Assembly: GCA_902517885.1 (NCBI GenBank)
Contig: CABYDZ010000001.1
Span: 132,158 to 196,157 of the forward strand
From: an uncultured Pelagibacteraceae bacterium
GTDB lineage: Bacteria > Pseudomonadota > Alphaproteobacteria > Pelagibacterales > AG-422-B15
DNA length: 64,000 nucleotides
Direction of reading: 5' to 3'
The notes under the pieces are model-generated. The model searched no databases, was not told where the DNA came from, and was given only the letters and a program-made list of their open reading frames with translations. A program made the translations under genes and the position numbers. Of the stretch, positions 40,060 to 48,797 are shown in pieces (position 1 is the first letter of the stretch; each line of letters starts with the position of its first letter).

Positions 40060-40521
40060 TCAGTGACATGATTCATTGTATTTTTTAAGCCTATAGTAAT
40101 TATAGGGTAGAGGGGTGACAAATCCTGCTAAGAGCATGAATGGAATAATAGTAATGGTTAGCACACCGCCTGCAAAAATAAGATCTGTTAAATTCATTGA
40201 AATCTCCATTGCTACCATACTAATGAAGCTCATTTTAAAAGCGATATTTAAAGCTTCAGAAAAAGGAAAATTTTTCATTAAAATAAAAGTCTCTAACAAA
40301 ATACTTGTTACAAGTCCGTTGAATATAGCAATGAGCATTACAACATAAATTGACAAGGAATGATCTATCATTTGAAAATAAAATATTGTACCAAAGTCTC
40401 CAATACTGCATCCAATAAGACACCACAAAGTATTGTAGCATGAAGTCCTCCATGTTGCTTTGCAAGTCCAGCTAATATCAAGCATCAAATTTCTTAAATT
40501 CCTCTCGTCTTTCATTAACAT
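40060..40521 (-). CDS. DUF4396-like membrane protein
   Basis: 153 aa with the Cys-rich N-terminal segment CYNTLWCLIGCSIGDFG and 3-4 TM helices. An alternative ATG at 40485 would reduce the overlap with the upstream gene from 44 nt to 8 nt (ATGCTTGA). Confidence 0.6.
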   Translation of the reverse strand: MLMKDERNLRNLMLDISWTCKATWRTSCYNTLWCLIGCSIGDFGTIFYFQMIDHSLSIYVVMLIAIFNGLVTSILLETFILMKNFPFSEALNIAFKMSFISMVAMEISMNLTDLIFAGGVLTITIIPFMLLAGFVTPLPYNYYRLKKYNESCH

Positions 40522-40684
40522 CTTTTAGTGCCAAGGTTTTTTCTTTATCGGACATTCTTAGCCAATTAGTAATTTCAAACTGCTCTCTAAAGCACCCAAT
40601 ACAGACCTTGCCGTCCATAAAAGCCACATTATACTTACATATTTTGAGGCATGGACTTTCTACACGTGTATTTTTTTTAATCAT
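40478..40684 (-). CDS. DUF1289-like small cysteine-rich protein
   Basis: 68 aa with SPCLKICKYN....CIGCFREQFEITNW, a four-Cys pattern as in DUF1289/YdhL-type proteins. Confidence 0.68.
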   Translation of the reverse strand: MIKKNTRVESPCLKICKYNVAFMDGKVCIGCFREQFEITNWLRMSDKEKTLALKDVNERREEFKKFDA

Positions 40685-40743
40685 ATAAAGCTTGATTTAT
40701 TTATATATTACAATAAAAAGCAACTTCAATTTCAAATAATTAT

Positions 40744-41475
40744 ATGGCACGTATTACCGTTGAGGATTGTATAAAGCTTATTAATAATCAGTATGATTTG
40801 GTTATTCTTGCAAAAGAAAGAGCTGTACAATTAGGCAGAGGAGCTACTCCTTCCGTAGATCCTGAAAATGATAAAAAACCCGTGATAGCGCTTAGAGAAA
40901 TCAGTGAATCCAAGATTACACCTGAAGAATTAAAAGAAAGTATTATTTCTAAGTTGAGACAAATTCCAGACTATGAAGAAGAAGAAGAACTAGAGGAAGT
41001 GGATAATGATACGTTTAGACAGATGTATCAGGGAGGATTGTCAAAATCTGAAATGGAAAAGTCTGCAACACGTAAATTTACAGCAAGATCGCCTAGAGTT
41101 GAAACGAGAGCTAAACCAATTGAGGATACGGTAAGTGATGATGAGGCCTCACCTTTGAGTTCAGCGGGTATAAATGAAACCCCAGATCTTAATGAAACCC
41201 CAGATCTTAATGAAACCCCAGATCTTAATGACCCTCAGGATGTATTAGATACATCAGAAGTTGAAGCTCCAATTATGGAAAGTGTTGAAACAGCTCATGA
41301 GGAAACAACCGAGCAAACTACAGTTGATCCAATTGAGGAAAACCAATCTTCTGAAGAAGAAAGTTTCGCTACGAGTGATCAGCTAGAAGATGCAAATGAA
41401 GATGAAGTTATTAATGTCGAAGAGTTGCCTGAAGTTACATCTGACATTGAAGAAGACAACACTCCAAAAGAATAA
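40744..41475 (+). CDS. rpoZ: DNA-directed RNA polymerase subunit omega with a long acidic C-terminal extension
   Basis: The N-terminus [30 protein letters not shown]...PVIALREI is canonical RpoZ. The remaining roughly 150 aa are rich in D, E, S and T and include three NETPDL repeats. Confidence 0.87.
   Translation: MARITVEDCIKLINNQYDLVILAKERAVQLGRGATPSVDPENDKKPVIALREISESKITPEELKESIISKLRQIPDYEEEEELEEVDNDTFRQMYQGGLSKSEMEKSATRKFTARSPRVETRAKPIEDTVSDDEASPLSSAGINETPDLNETPDLNETPDLNDPQDVLDTSEVEAPIMESVETAHEETTEQTTVDPIEENQSSEEESFATSDQLEDANEDEVINVEELPEVTSDIEEDNTPKE
41173..41226 (+). repeat. 3 x 18-bp perfect tandem repeat (AATGAAACCCCAGATCTT) inside rpoZ
   Basis: Direct reading gives units at 41173-41190, 41191-41208 and 41209-41226, followed by a partial AATGA. 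The repeat encodes NETPDL three times, in frame. Confidence 0.95.
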
Positions 41476-41480
41476 TTACC

Positions 41481-42611
41481 ATGAATTTTGACTTTTCAGA
41501 TGATCAAAAGCTTTTGCGCGATCAAGCTAGAAAGTTTTTACAAGATAAATGCGACCGTAAGTCTGTAAGGAGTATCCTAGAAGATAATCAGAAAAACTAT
41601 GATGCTGATCTTTGGTCTCAAATTTCTGAATTAGGTTGGACTGGAACAGCAATACCTGAAGAATATGGGGGACTTGGCTTAGGCATGCTAGAATTATGTG
41701 TAATAGCTGAAGAGCTAGGAAGAGCTCTTGCGCCAACACCATTTTCTTCCTCGATATATATCTTTGCCGAATTTTTAAAATCTTATGGTACGGATGAACA
41801 AAAGAAAAAATATTTACCGCACATTGCATCTGGCGAAAAAATTGGAACATTTGCTTTATCAGAAACTAATGGGAAACCAAAACCCAATAATATAAAGACA
41901 CAACATACTTCAGGTAAATTAAATGGATCTAAAAATCCTGTTTCTGATGGAGAGTCAGCTGACTATATCATTGTTGCTGCAAATTCTGACAGTAATTCAA
42001 ATTATAATTCTCTCTCTCTTTTTATTATTGATAGAAGTGACCCGGGCGTAATTATTTCAAACTTAGACACCATCGATCCCACTAGACCAGCTTGCACAGT
42101 AGATTTAGAGAATGTTGCCTGTGAAAGACTTGGAGACGAAGGAAGTGGATGGGAGATGATTGATAATATATTTAATAGAGCAGCTGTTTTATTTTCGTTC
42201 GAGCAAGTAGGTGGAGCACAAGTCTCACTTGATGAAGCAAAAAAATATTCACTTGAGCGATTCGCTTTTGGAAAGCAGATAGGTGCGTTTCAAGCTTTAA
42301 AGCATAAGATGGCGGACATGTATGTCAAAATTGAATTAGCAAGATCTAATGCCTACTATGGTGCCTGGGCACTAAGCACAGATTCAAATGAATTGCCAAT
42401 TGCCGCTGCTGGTGCAAGGGTGAGTGCCTCGGAAGCTTACAATTACGCGTCTCAAGAAAATATTCAAATACACGGAGGTGTTGGTTTTACTTGGGAATAT
42501 GACTGCCACTTGTTTTATCGTAGATCCAAACTACTTTCTTTAAATATTGGTAGTATTCGTCAGTGGAAAGAAAATTTAATTTCAAATCTTGAAAAAAGGA
42601 ATATAGTTTAA
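41481..42611 (+). CDS. acyl-CoA dehydrogenase family protein, degenerate (beta-type) subunit
   Basis: 376 aa with an ACAD fold (IHGGVGFTWEYDCHLFYRR). The signature site is degenerate (FALSETNGKPKPNN instead of ..E..GSD), and the C-terminal GG[ST]xE motif is missing. Confidence 0.8.
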   Translation: MNFDFSDDQKLLRDQARKFLQDKCDRKSVRSILEDNQKNYDADLWSQISELGWTGTAIPEEYGGLGLGMLELCVIAEELGRALAPTPFSSSIYIFAEFLKSYGTDEQKKKYLPHIASGEKIGTFALSETNGKPKPNNIKTQHTSGKLNGSKNPVSDGESADYIIVAANSDSNSNYNSLSLFIIDRSDPGVIISNLDTIDPTRPACTVDLENVACERLGDEGSGWEMIDNIFNRAAVLFSFEQVGGAQVSLDEAKKYSLERFAFGKQIGAFQALKHKMADMYVKIELARSNAYYGAWALSTDSNELPIAAAGARVSASEAYNYASQENIQIHGGVGFTWEYDCHLFYRRSKLLSLNIGSIRQWKENLISNLEKRNIV

Positions 42612-42613
42612 AA

Positions 42614-43897
42614 ATGGATTTTAACGACACACCTCAAGAAGCTGAATTTAGAAAAAAGGTAAGATCTTTTCTAGAAGCAAATGCAGAAAAAAGATCTACT
42701 TTAGCTGCAAAGCCAAAGGGCGACTCAGGATCTTCTATTTCAAGTGCTGGAGCACCAGAAACTGTAAAAGGTGAAGATGCTGCTAAGTTAGCACTACAGA
42801 ATGCAAAAGAATGGCAAAGAAAAAAAGCTGATGCTGGATTTGCTGCTATTCTATGGCCAAAGGAATTTGGAGGTTACGGAGGAACACCTATAGAGCAAGT
42901 TATATATGCTCAAGAAGAACACGATTACTTTGTACACTCAGGATATTTTGAAATTGGAATAGGCATGCTTGGGCCAACCATGATGGCTTGGGGCAAAGAT
43001 GAAGATAAAAAAAGATTTCTACCGAAAATGATTACAGGCGAAGAAATTTGGTGCCAATTATTTTCTGAACCTTCAGCAGGATCAGATTTAGCTGGTATAA
43101 GAATGAAGGCTGAAAAAGACGGTGATGAATGGGTACTAAATGGCCAAAAGGTATGGACTTCAGGAGCTCATTTTGCCGATTACGGAATGATTGTAGCACG
43201 ATCTGACCCCACCGCCTTAAAACATAAGGGGCTTACTTATTTCTATGTTGATATGAAAACACCTGGAATTGAAGCTAAGCCTATTAAACAGATTTCTGGT
43301 TCAGCTAATTTCAATGAAGTATTCTTTAATGATGTCCGCATACCTGATAGTCAAAGAATTGGCGCAGAGGGTGACGGGTGGAAGGTATCACTTACTACTC
43401 TAATGAATGAAAGATTAGCGGTAGGAGATCCTCCAGGCTTGGATTTCGACCAAATTTTTGAAGCCTCTAAAGAAATTGAAGTTGAAGATGGTCTTGCTGT
43501 AAAAAATAGTGAAGTAAGACAAAAGATGGCTGACTGGTACATTCAATCTCGCGGTTTGCAATATACGAAATACAGAAGCATGACCGCTTTATCAAAAGGC
43601 CAAACACCTGGACCCGAGCTCTCAATAAGTAAACTAGTCACAGCATCAAAAATGCAAGATGTATCATCTTATGCTCTGGATTTGATGGACATGTCAGGCA
43701 TGGTTCACCAAGATAAAAATCCAATTCTTAAAAACTTATTCCAAAACGGCTATTTTTTCTCTGCTGCCATGAGAATTGCTGGTGGTACCGATGAGGTTTT
43801 AAGAAATATTATTGCAGAAAGAGTTTTAGGTTTGCCGCAGGATGAAAGGTCAGATAAAAAACTGCCTTTCAATGAGTTACCGTCTGGTAAAAACTAA
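42614..43897 (+). CDS. acyl-CoA dehydrogenase, canonical (alpha-type) subunit
   Basis: 427 aa with LFSEPSAGSDLAG, LNGQKVWTSGA, LMNERLAVG, and C-terminal IAGGTDEVLRNIIAERVLGLP. Confidence 0.87.
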   Translation: MDFNDTPQEAEFRKKVRSFLEANAEKRSTLAAKPKGDSGSSISSAGAPETVKGEDAAKLALQNAKEWQRKKADAGFAAILWPKEFGGYGGTPIEQVIYAQEEHDYFVHSGYFEIGIGMLGPTMMAWGKDEDKKRFLPKMITGEEIWCQLFSEPSAGSDLAGIRMKAEKDGDEWVLNGQKVWTSGAHFADYGMIVARSDPTALKHKGLTYFYVDMKTPGIEAKPIKQISGSANFNEVFFNDVRIPDSQRIGAEGDGWKVSLTTLMNERLAVGDPPGLDFDQIFEASKEIEVEDGLAVKNSEVRQKMADWYIQSRGLQYTKYRSMTALSKGQTPGPELSISKLVTASKMQDVSSYALDLMDMSGMVHQDKNPILKNLFQNGYFFSAAMRIAGGTDEVLRNIIAERVLGLPQDERSDKKLPFNELPSGKN

Positions 43898-43907
43898 TAT
43901 CAGTTAA

Positions 43908-44759
43908 GTGTTCAGTACAATTTTTAGCAATGTTGCGTCAGGCGACTTGCTCTTCTCTATTTCCTTATTGATCGGTACAGGTATTTTTGCTGGTTTTATA
44001 GCAGGTCTTTTTGGGATTGGAGGAGGTGTCGTCGTAGTGCCTGCTCTGTACTATATTTTTACTCTAGCTGAAGTAGATGAAAGTATAAGAATGCACTTAG
44101 CAGTCGGAACATCTCTTGCGAATATTGTTCCAATTTCAATTATTTCTGCAGTAAGTCATGCTAGGAAAAATTCTGTAAATATAGATTTCTTAAAGTTTAT
44201 ATTTATTTCTATAATCATTGGCGTTACTTGCGGCTCTGTTGCAGTGTCTTATCTGGAGGGAAGCACACTTATTTTGATTTACTCAATAATATTATTATTT
44301 GTCGCAGCGCAGTTTTTTTTCTGGAAAGACAAATGGAGACTATCTTCTTCTTTTCCTAAAAATTTCACTGGTCATGGATTTGGTTCAATAATTGGCTTTC
44401 TTTCTGTGATTATTGGAGTAGGTGGTGGGTCAATAAGTATCCCTATACTTAAACTATACAATTTTGAAATACATAAAGCGATCGGAACAGCAGCGGGAAT
44501 TGGAACTATTGTTGCTGTACCTGGAACAATAGGATTTATGATTGCTGGCTTACAAAACAATGTCGATTTGCCATTATCATTTGGCTATGTAAGTCTTGTG
44601 GGTCTTGTATTAATTACACCTATTACGATAATTGGTGCGCCGATTGGAGTTAAGTTTGCTCACTATTTATCAAAAAGTAAGTTAAATCTTCTCTTTGGAA
44701 TATTTATTTTGTTTATGTCTATTCGGTTTTATCTGGAATGGTTATCATTAACCAGTTAA
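43908..44759 (+). CDS. TauE/SafE-family sulfite/anion exporter
   Basis: 283 aa with a GTG start and about 8 TM helices. It has the duplicated G-rich motifs GLFGIGGGVVVVPAL and VIIGVGGGSISIPIL. Confidence 0.8.
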   Translation: MFSTIFSNVASGDLLFSISLLIGTGIFAGFIAGLFGIGGGVVVVPALYYIFTLAEVDESIRMHLAVGTSLANIVPISIISAVSHARKNSVNIDFLKFIFISIIIGVTCGSVAVSYLEGSTLILIYSIILLFVAAQFFFWKDKWRLSSSFPKNFTGHGFGSIIGFLSVIIGVGGGSISIPILKLYNFEIHKAIGTAAGIGTIVAVPGTIGFMIAGLQNNVDLPLSFGYVSLVGLVLITPITIIGAPIGVKFAHYLSKSKLNLLFGIFILFMSIRFYLEWLSLTS

Positions 44760-46262
44760 TTTCTGATCATATTCACCAACCTTACCTGTCTGATCGAGAA
44801 GTTCATTTATATAATTAAAGATTAACTCAACTTCATTATCAGACTCAAAGCTTTCAATAACAATGACCAAAGATGGTTTATTGGAAGAGGCCCTGACCAG
44901 TCCCCAGGACCCATTTGAAAGTTCAAACCGAATACCATTGATTGTCGTTATTTTCTCAATATTTTGAATTCCAACCTTCCCCCCCTTTTCTTCTGTCTCT
45001 GTGATTTTTTTTATAATTGAGTCTACAACTTGATACTTTTCACCATCTTCACAGAAAGGGGCCATCGTTGGTGACTGAAAAGTCTTTTTAATATCTAATT
45101 TCTTATCTGATAGTTTTTTAGTTATGTCATTACTTAAGTATTGAAGCATTAAACATGCAGATTTTAATCCATCATCAAAACCTAATCCCAATGGCTCGTT
45201 AATAAAAAAATGACCACTTTTTTCAAAACCACACAGCGCGCCAATTTCTTTAACCCTTCTTTTTATATGAGAATGTCCTGTTTTCCACATATCGACTGTA
45301 CAATTATTTTTCTTAAGTATTGAACTTTCAAAATAAAGTCCTGTAGATTTAACATCGATTACAAACTTTGATCCTGGATAACTCTCTGACAAAAACTCAG
45401 ATAGTAATAAACCTATTTTATCGGAAAATATTTCTTCCCCTTTATCATCTACTACACCAAGCCTGTCACCATCACCGTCAAAAGCAAAGCCTACATCAGC
45501 ATTATGCTTAATAACATTTTCTGATAAATCCTTGAGCATTACTAGGTCTTCAGGGTTTGGATTATAGTGTGGAAATTTAAAATCTAAATCACAGTGTAAC
45601 TTAATCACTTCACAGCCCAAACGTTTCAATAATTCCGGCGCAAACACTCCAGCAGTTCCATTACCGCATGCAACTACAACTTTAATTCCTTTATTAATTT
45701 TTACATCTGAAGCAAGGTATTCAATGTATTTATCCTTCACTCCAGGAATAAATTGATACTCCCCATTATTTTCCATCGTGACGTTATGATTGTTATCAAC
45801 AATTTTTTTAATTGATTTCACTTCTTCAGGCCCAAAGGTAAGTGATTTTTCAATACCGCATTTAATGCCGGTCCAGCCATTTTCATTATGACTTGCAGTG
45901 ATCATGGCTAAACTATCAGTATTTAAATGGTGTTGAGCAAAATAAACCATGGGTGACACTGAAAGTCCGACATCCATTACTTTTAAACCTGAGGACAACA
46001 AACCTTTTACAACATGATATTTTACCTCTTCGCTGTATGACCTATAATCATGACCAACAACGATTGATGATCCGCTCCCTTTTATATCAGATATATATTG
46101 GCCTAAACTGTAACCAAAAACCTCAAGGCCTTTTTTATTTATCTGATCTGGATAGAGCCACCTAACATCATATTCTCTAAATCCATAAGGAGAAATACTT
46201 GCAGCTTCAAGTTCTTCATCGAAGTCAAAACTGAAGCTGGATTGCGGTTTAAATATTTCCAT
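44748..46262 (-). CDS. phosphomannomutase/phosphoglucomutase (alpha-D-phosphohexomutase)
   Basis: 504 aa with the active-site motif ITASHNENGWTGIK, the metal loop FDGDGDR, and GFEKSGH. Confidence 0.9.
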   Translation of the reverse strand: MEIFKPQSSFSFDFDEELEAASISPYGFREYDVRWLYPDQINKKGLEVFGYSLGQYISDIKGSGSSIVVGHDYRSYSEEVKYHVVKGLLSSGLKVMDVGLSVSPMVYFAQHHLNTDSLAMITASHNENGWTGIKCGIEKSLTFGPEEVKSIKKIVDNNHNVTMENNGEYQFIPGVKDKYIEYLASDVKINKGIKVVVACGNGTAGVFAPELLKRLGCEVIKLHCDLDFKFPHYNPNPEDLVMLKDLSENVIKHNADVGFAFDGDGDRLGVVDDKGEEIFSDKIGLLLSEFLSESYPGSKFVIDVKSTGLYFESSILKKNNCTVDMWKTGHSHIKRRVKEIGALCGFEKSGHFFINEPLGLGFDDGLKSACLMLQYLSNDITKKLSDKKLDIKKTFQSPTMAPFCEDGEKYQVVDSIIKKITETEEKGGKVGIQNIEKITTINGIRFELSNGSWGLVRASSNKPSLVIVIESFESDNEVELIFNYINELLDQTGKVGEYDQKLTG

Positions 46263-46305
46263 TTTAAGTGTTGCGTATTTTTAAAGAATATAACATATTT
46301 ATATC

Positions 46306-46455
46306 GTTGGTTCACGTAAAGTGAATAACAGGGAATAAGGTTTAAATCCTTAGCTGTACCCGCAACTGTAACTCTCGAGTTTGAATACAGATGCCACTGA
46401 TTTTATTGGGAAGGCGTATTCAAATTTTGACGGAGAAGTCAGGAGACCTACCAAC
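46306..46455 (+). promoter_or_regulatory. cobalamin (B12) riboswitch aptamer
   Basis: Conserved blocks, in order: CAGGGAA (46329-35), GGTttAAatCC, GCTGTACCCGCAACTGTAA (46353-71), GCCACTG (46393-99), GGGAAGGC (46408-15), and the B12 box AAGTCAGGAGACCTACC (46436-52). P1 is GTTGGT (46306-11)/ACCAAC (46450-55). A 9-bp stem, TTTGAATAC/GTATTCAAA, encloses GCCACTG...GGGAAGGC. Confidence 0.88.
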
Positions 46456-46535
46456 AAAACATAGTCATCCACACGTGATCGGGATAATCATTTGGGCACA
46501 ATTTGTTTGCGGTGACTTCAAACTGGAGGCAAAAC

Positions 46536-48773
46536 ATGACTAAAAAATTAGTACTATCTGTATTTATATTTATAACTTTCATTGGCAATTTAAGTGCTGA
46601 AACACCAGAGATTTTAATTAACCCTAGCAGTGAAGAGTATACGAGACTTTCAGCTGGCTTGGCTGGTTCAAATATATCAATCATTGATGCCAATGAGATT
46701 AGAAAGAACCCAAGTAAAAATTTATCTCAAATTCTAGAAACCTTCTCTGGCATTACTACACGAACTACACTATCTGGAGTCGACGGCGCATATACTGAAA
46801 TTGATATGCGAGGCTTCGGAGAGGCCGCAGAGTCAAATGTTCTAATACTTATTAATGGTAAAAGGCTGAATGATATCGATATGTCGGGTATTAATTTTAG
46901 TTATATACCTAGAGAAAGCATTGAAAGAATTGAAATTATCAGAGGTGGTTCAGCTGCAACCTTATATGGGTCAGGTGCAGTTGCTGGAGCAATAAATTTA
47001 GTTACTAATAACCAAAAGATAAACAATAAATTAAAAACATCTGTTGGATCCTATAATTACAAAAATCTAAATTTCAGTACTGGGTTATCTATGAGTAATG
47101 ACGCTGCAATTGCATTGTCGGGGTCGAAAACTCTAAATGAAAATTACCGTGATGCAGCTGACTTTGATGAAGAGAACCTTCTATTAAACTTCAGACAAAA
47201 AGTAGATAATGTTGATTTTGATTTAGATTTAATCTCTTCTTCCAATACAAAGGATCTGCCAGGACCAAGAATTAAAGGCGGAGAAGTTTATAATTATCAT
47301 TTTTGCAATCGTTATGAAGATAGTAAAACGGCTAAACACATCGGTGGAACCTATGCTGGTAACGGAGACACATGCAACACTAATCAAAGAGATGATTATG
47401 CCAACACTGACTTAGACAAGATTGATGCAAATATCAGATTTACATTGAATGAATTAAATAAAGTCTTCATTAATCTTGGTTACAAAACAAAAACAGATAA
47501 AGCTTTTTTTGCTGCCAATAACAATACTAATTCCACTCCCCATGATGCAGACAGATATTTAAAAACAACTATTGATGGCAACAGCTTTGATGCGAGGTAT
47601 GAAAACAAACAAGTTACTGAAAGCCACTCTAACATTTTAAACATTGGTTTTGAAATTGGGCACTCTTTTTATAATTCAAAAAGGTATAGAAACGAAAGTG
47701 AATCCCTTGGACAAGAGTATCATGCTGATCTAAAGTCGAGAGCATTTTATATTCAAAACACCTATTATATTAATAATAATGACTTTGCGCTTTCTTTTGG
47801 CGCTAGGCAAGAGAGATCAGAAAGTGGCGCCAGAGATGAGGTCTATAGATCTGTTACTGGCTTTGTTAATTCTTGGGATGCGACAGACCATGATACTTAT
47901 GATAATAGTCGAAATAACTACGCATACAATATTGGTTTTGAGAAAGGGATAGATAAACATCTATCTTTATATGGAAGCTATTCTGAATCATTTAGAACGC
48001 CCAATATTGATGAGCATATCGCAGCTACTACCAAGGGTTCATTCGCATTAAAAGATCAAGAATCAGAAGGCTCTGAAATCGGAGTTTTATATCGAAAAAA
48101 CCCATTAAGAATAAATGCTAGCTATTATCAACTAGATACTCTGAATGAAATACAACTTACTTATTTTCCAGGAAATGATGGAAGAAACACCAATTTAGAT
48201 CCTATTGAGCGACAGGGAGTAAATGTAGATTTTACTTTCAATGTAAATAAGATTAGTAATTTTCGCGGATCCTTTAATTATACCAAAGCTGAATTTACCT
48301 CAGGCTCGTTGACGCCAGGGGCTGGAGGTTCGTCGTCATGTGATTATACAAATAATACGTATTGTAGCAATTCGTCTACATGGCAAAATTTAATGGGTGG
48401 CGGTACATCGTATAGCTTGGTTGGAAAATCAGTTCCATTAGTTGCGCCTGTTACATACAGTATTGGTTATGAGACGGAAATAAAAGAGAATTTAATTTTT
48501 GATTTAGAATTAAAATATACAGATGAAAAATATGTTTCTAATGATCAAGAGAATATTGAACCTAAAATACCTGATTATTATATTGTCAATACGCACTTAA
48601 ACTCTACTTATGATAACTACAATTTTACATTTGGTATTAATAATCTTTTTGATGAAGCAGCGTATGACTTTGCTGTAGCCAGTGCTTTTCATGACGATGC
48701 TCATTACGGGTTAGCAAATGTTTATCCTCTTCCAGAGAGAAACTTCTTTTTTGATTTAGGATATACTTTTTGA
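46536..48773 (+). CDS. TonB-dependent outer-membrane receptor (BtuB-like by riboswitch context)
   Basis: Signal peptide MTKKLVLSVFIFITFIGNLSA. The plug domain has IEIIRGGSAATLYGSGAVAGAINLVT, and the C-terminal beta-barrel ends ...FFFDLGYTF. The ATG at 46536 is preceded by GGAGG, so I preferred it to the upstream TTG at 46503. Confidence 0.9.
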   Translation: MTKKLVLSVFIFITFIGNLSAETPEILINPSSEEYTRLSAGLAGSNISIIDANEIRKNPSKNLSQILETFSGITTRTTLSGVDGAYTEIDMRGFGEAAESNVLILINGKRLNDIDMSGINFSYIPRESIERIEIIRGGSAATLYGSGAVAGAINLVTNNQKINNKLKTSVGSYNYKNLNFSTGLSMSNDAAIALSGSKTLNENYRDAADFDEENLLLNFRQKVDNVDFDLDLISSSNTKDLPGPRIKGGEVYNYHFCNRYEDSKTAKHIGGTYAGNGDTCNTNQRDDYANTDLDKIDANIRFTLNELNKVFINLGYKTKTDKAFFAANNNTNSTPHDADRYLKTTIDGNSFDARYENKQVTESHSNILNIGFEIGHSFYNSKRYRNESESLGQEYHADLKSRAFYIQNTYYINNNDFALSFGARQERSESGARDEVYRSVTGFVNSWDATDHDTYDNSRNNYAYNIGFEKGIDKHLSLYGSYSESFRTPNIDEHIAATTKGSFALKDQESEGSEIGVLYRKNPLRINASYYQLDTLNEIQLTYFPGNDGRNTNLDPIERQGVNVDFTFNVNKISNFRGSFNYTKAEFTSGSLTPGAGGSSSCDYTNNTYCSNSSTWQNLMGGGTSYSLVGKSVPLVAPVTYSIGYETEIKENLIFDLELKYTDEKYVSNDQENIEPKIPDYYIVNTHLNSTYDNYNFTFGINNLFDEAAYDFAVASAFHDDAHYGLANVYPLPERNFFFDLGYTF

Positions 48774-48797
48774 GTATTTGAAGTTATAAAATGAGAT

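Noticed and set aside
46448-46693. 81-aa minus-strand ORF across the riboswitch/receptor junction, and the TTG-initiated extension of the receptor ORF from 46503
   Set aside because: The region is explained by the B12 riboswitch and by the receptor signal peptide, which starts at the ATG at 46536 preceded by GGAGG. The extension MFAVTSNWRQN would precede the signal peptide.
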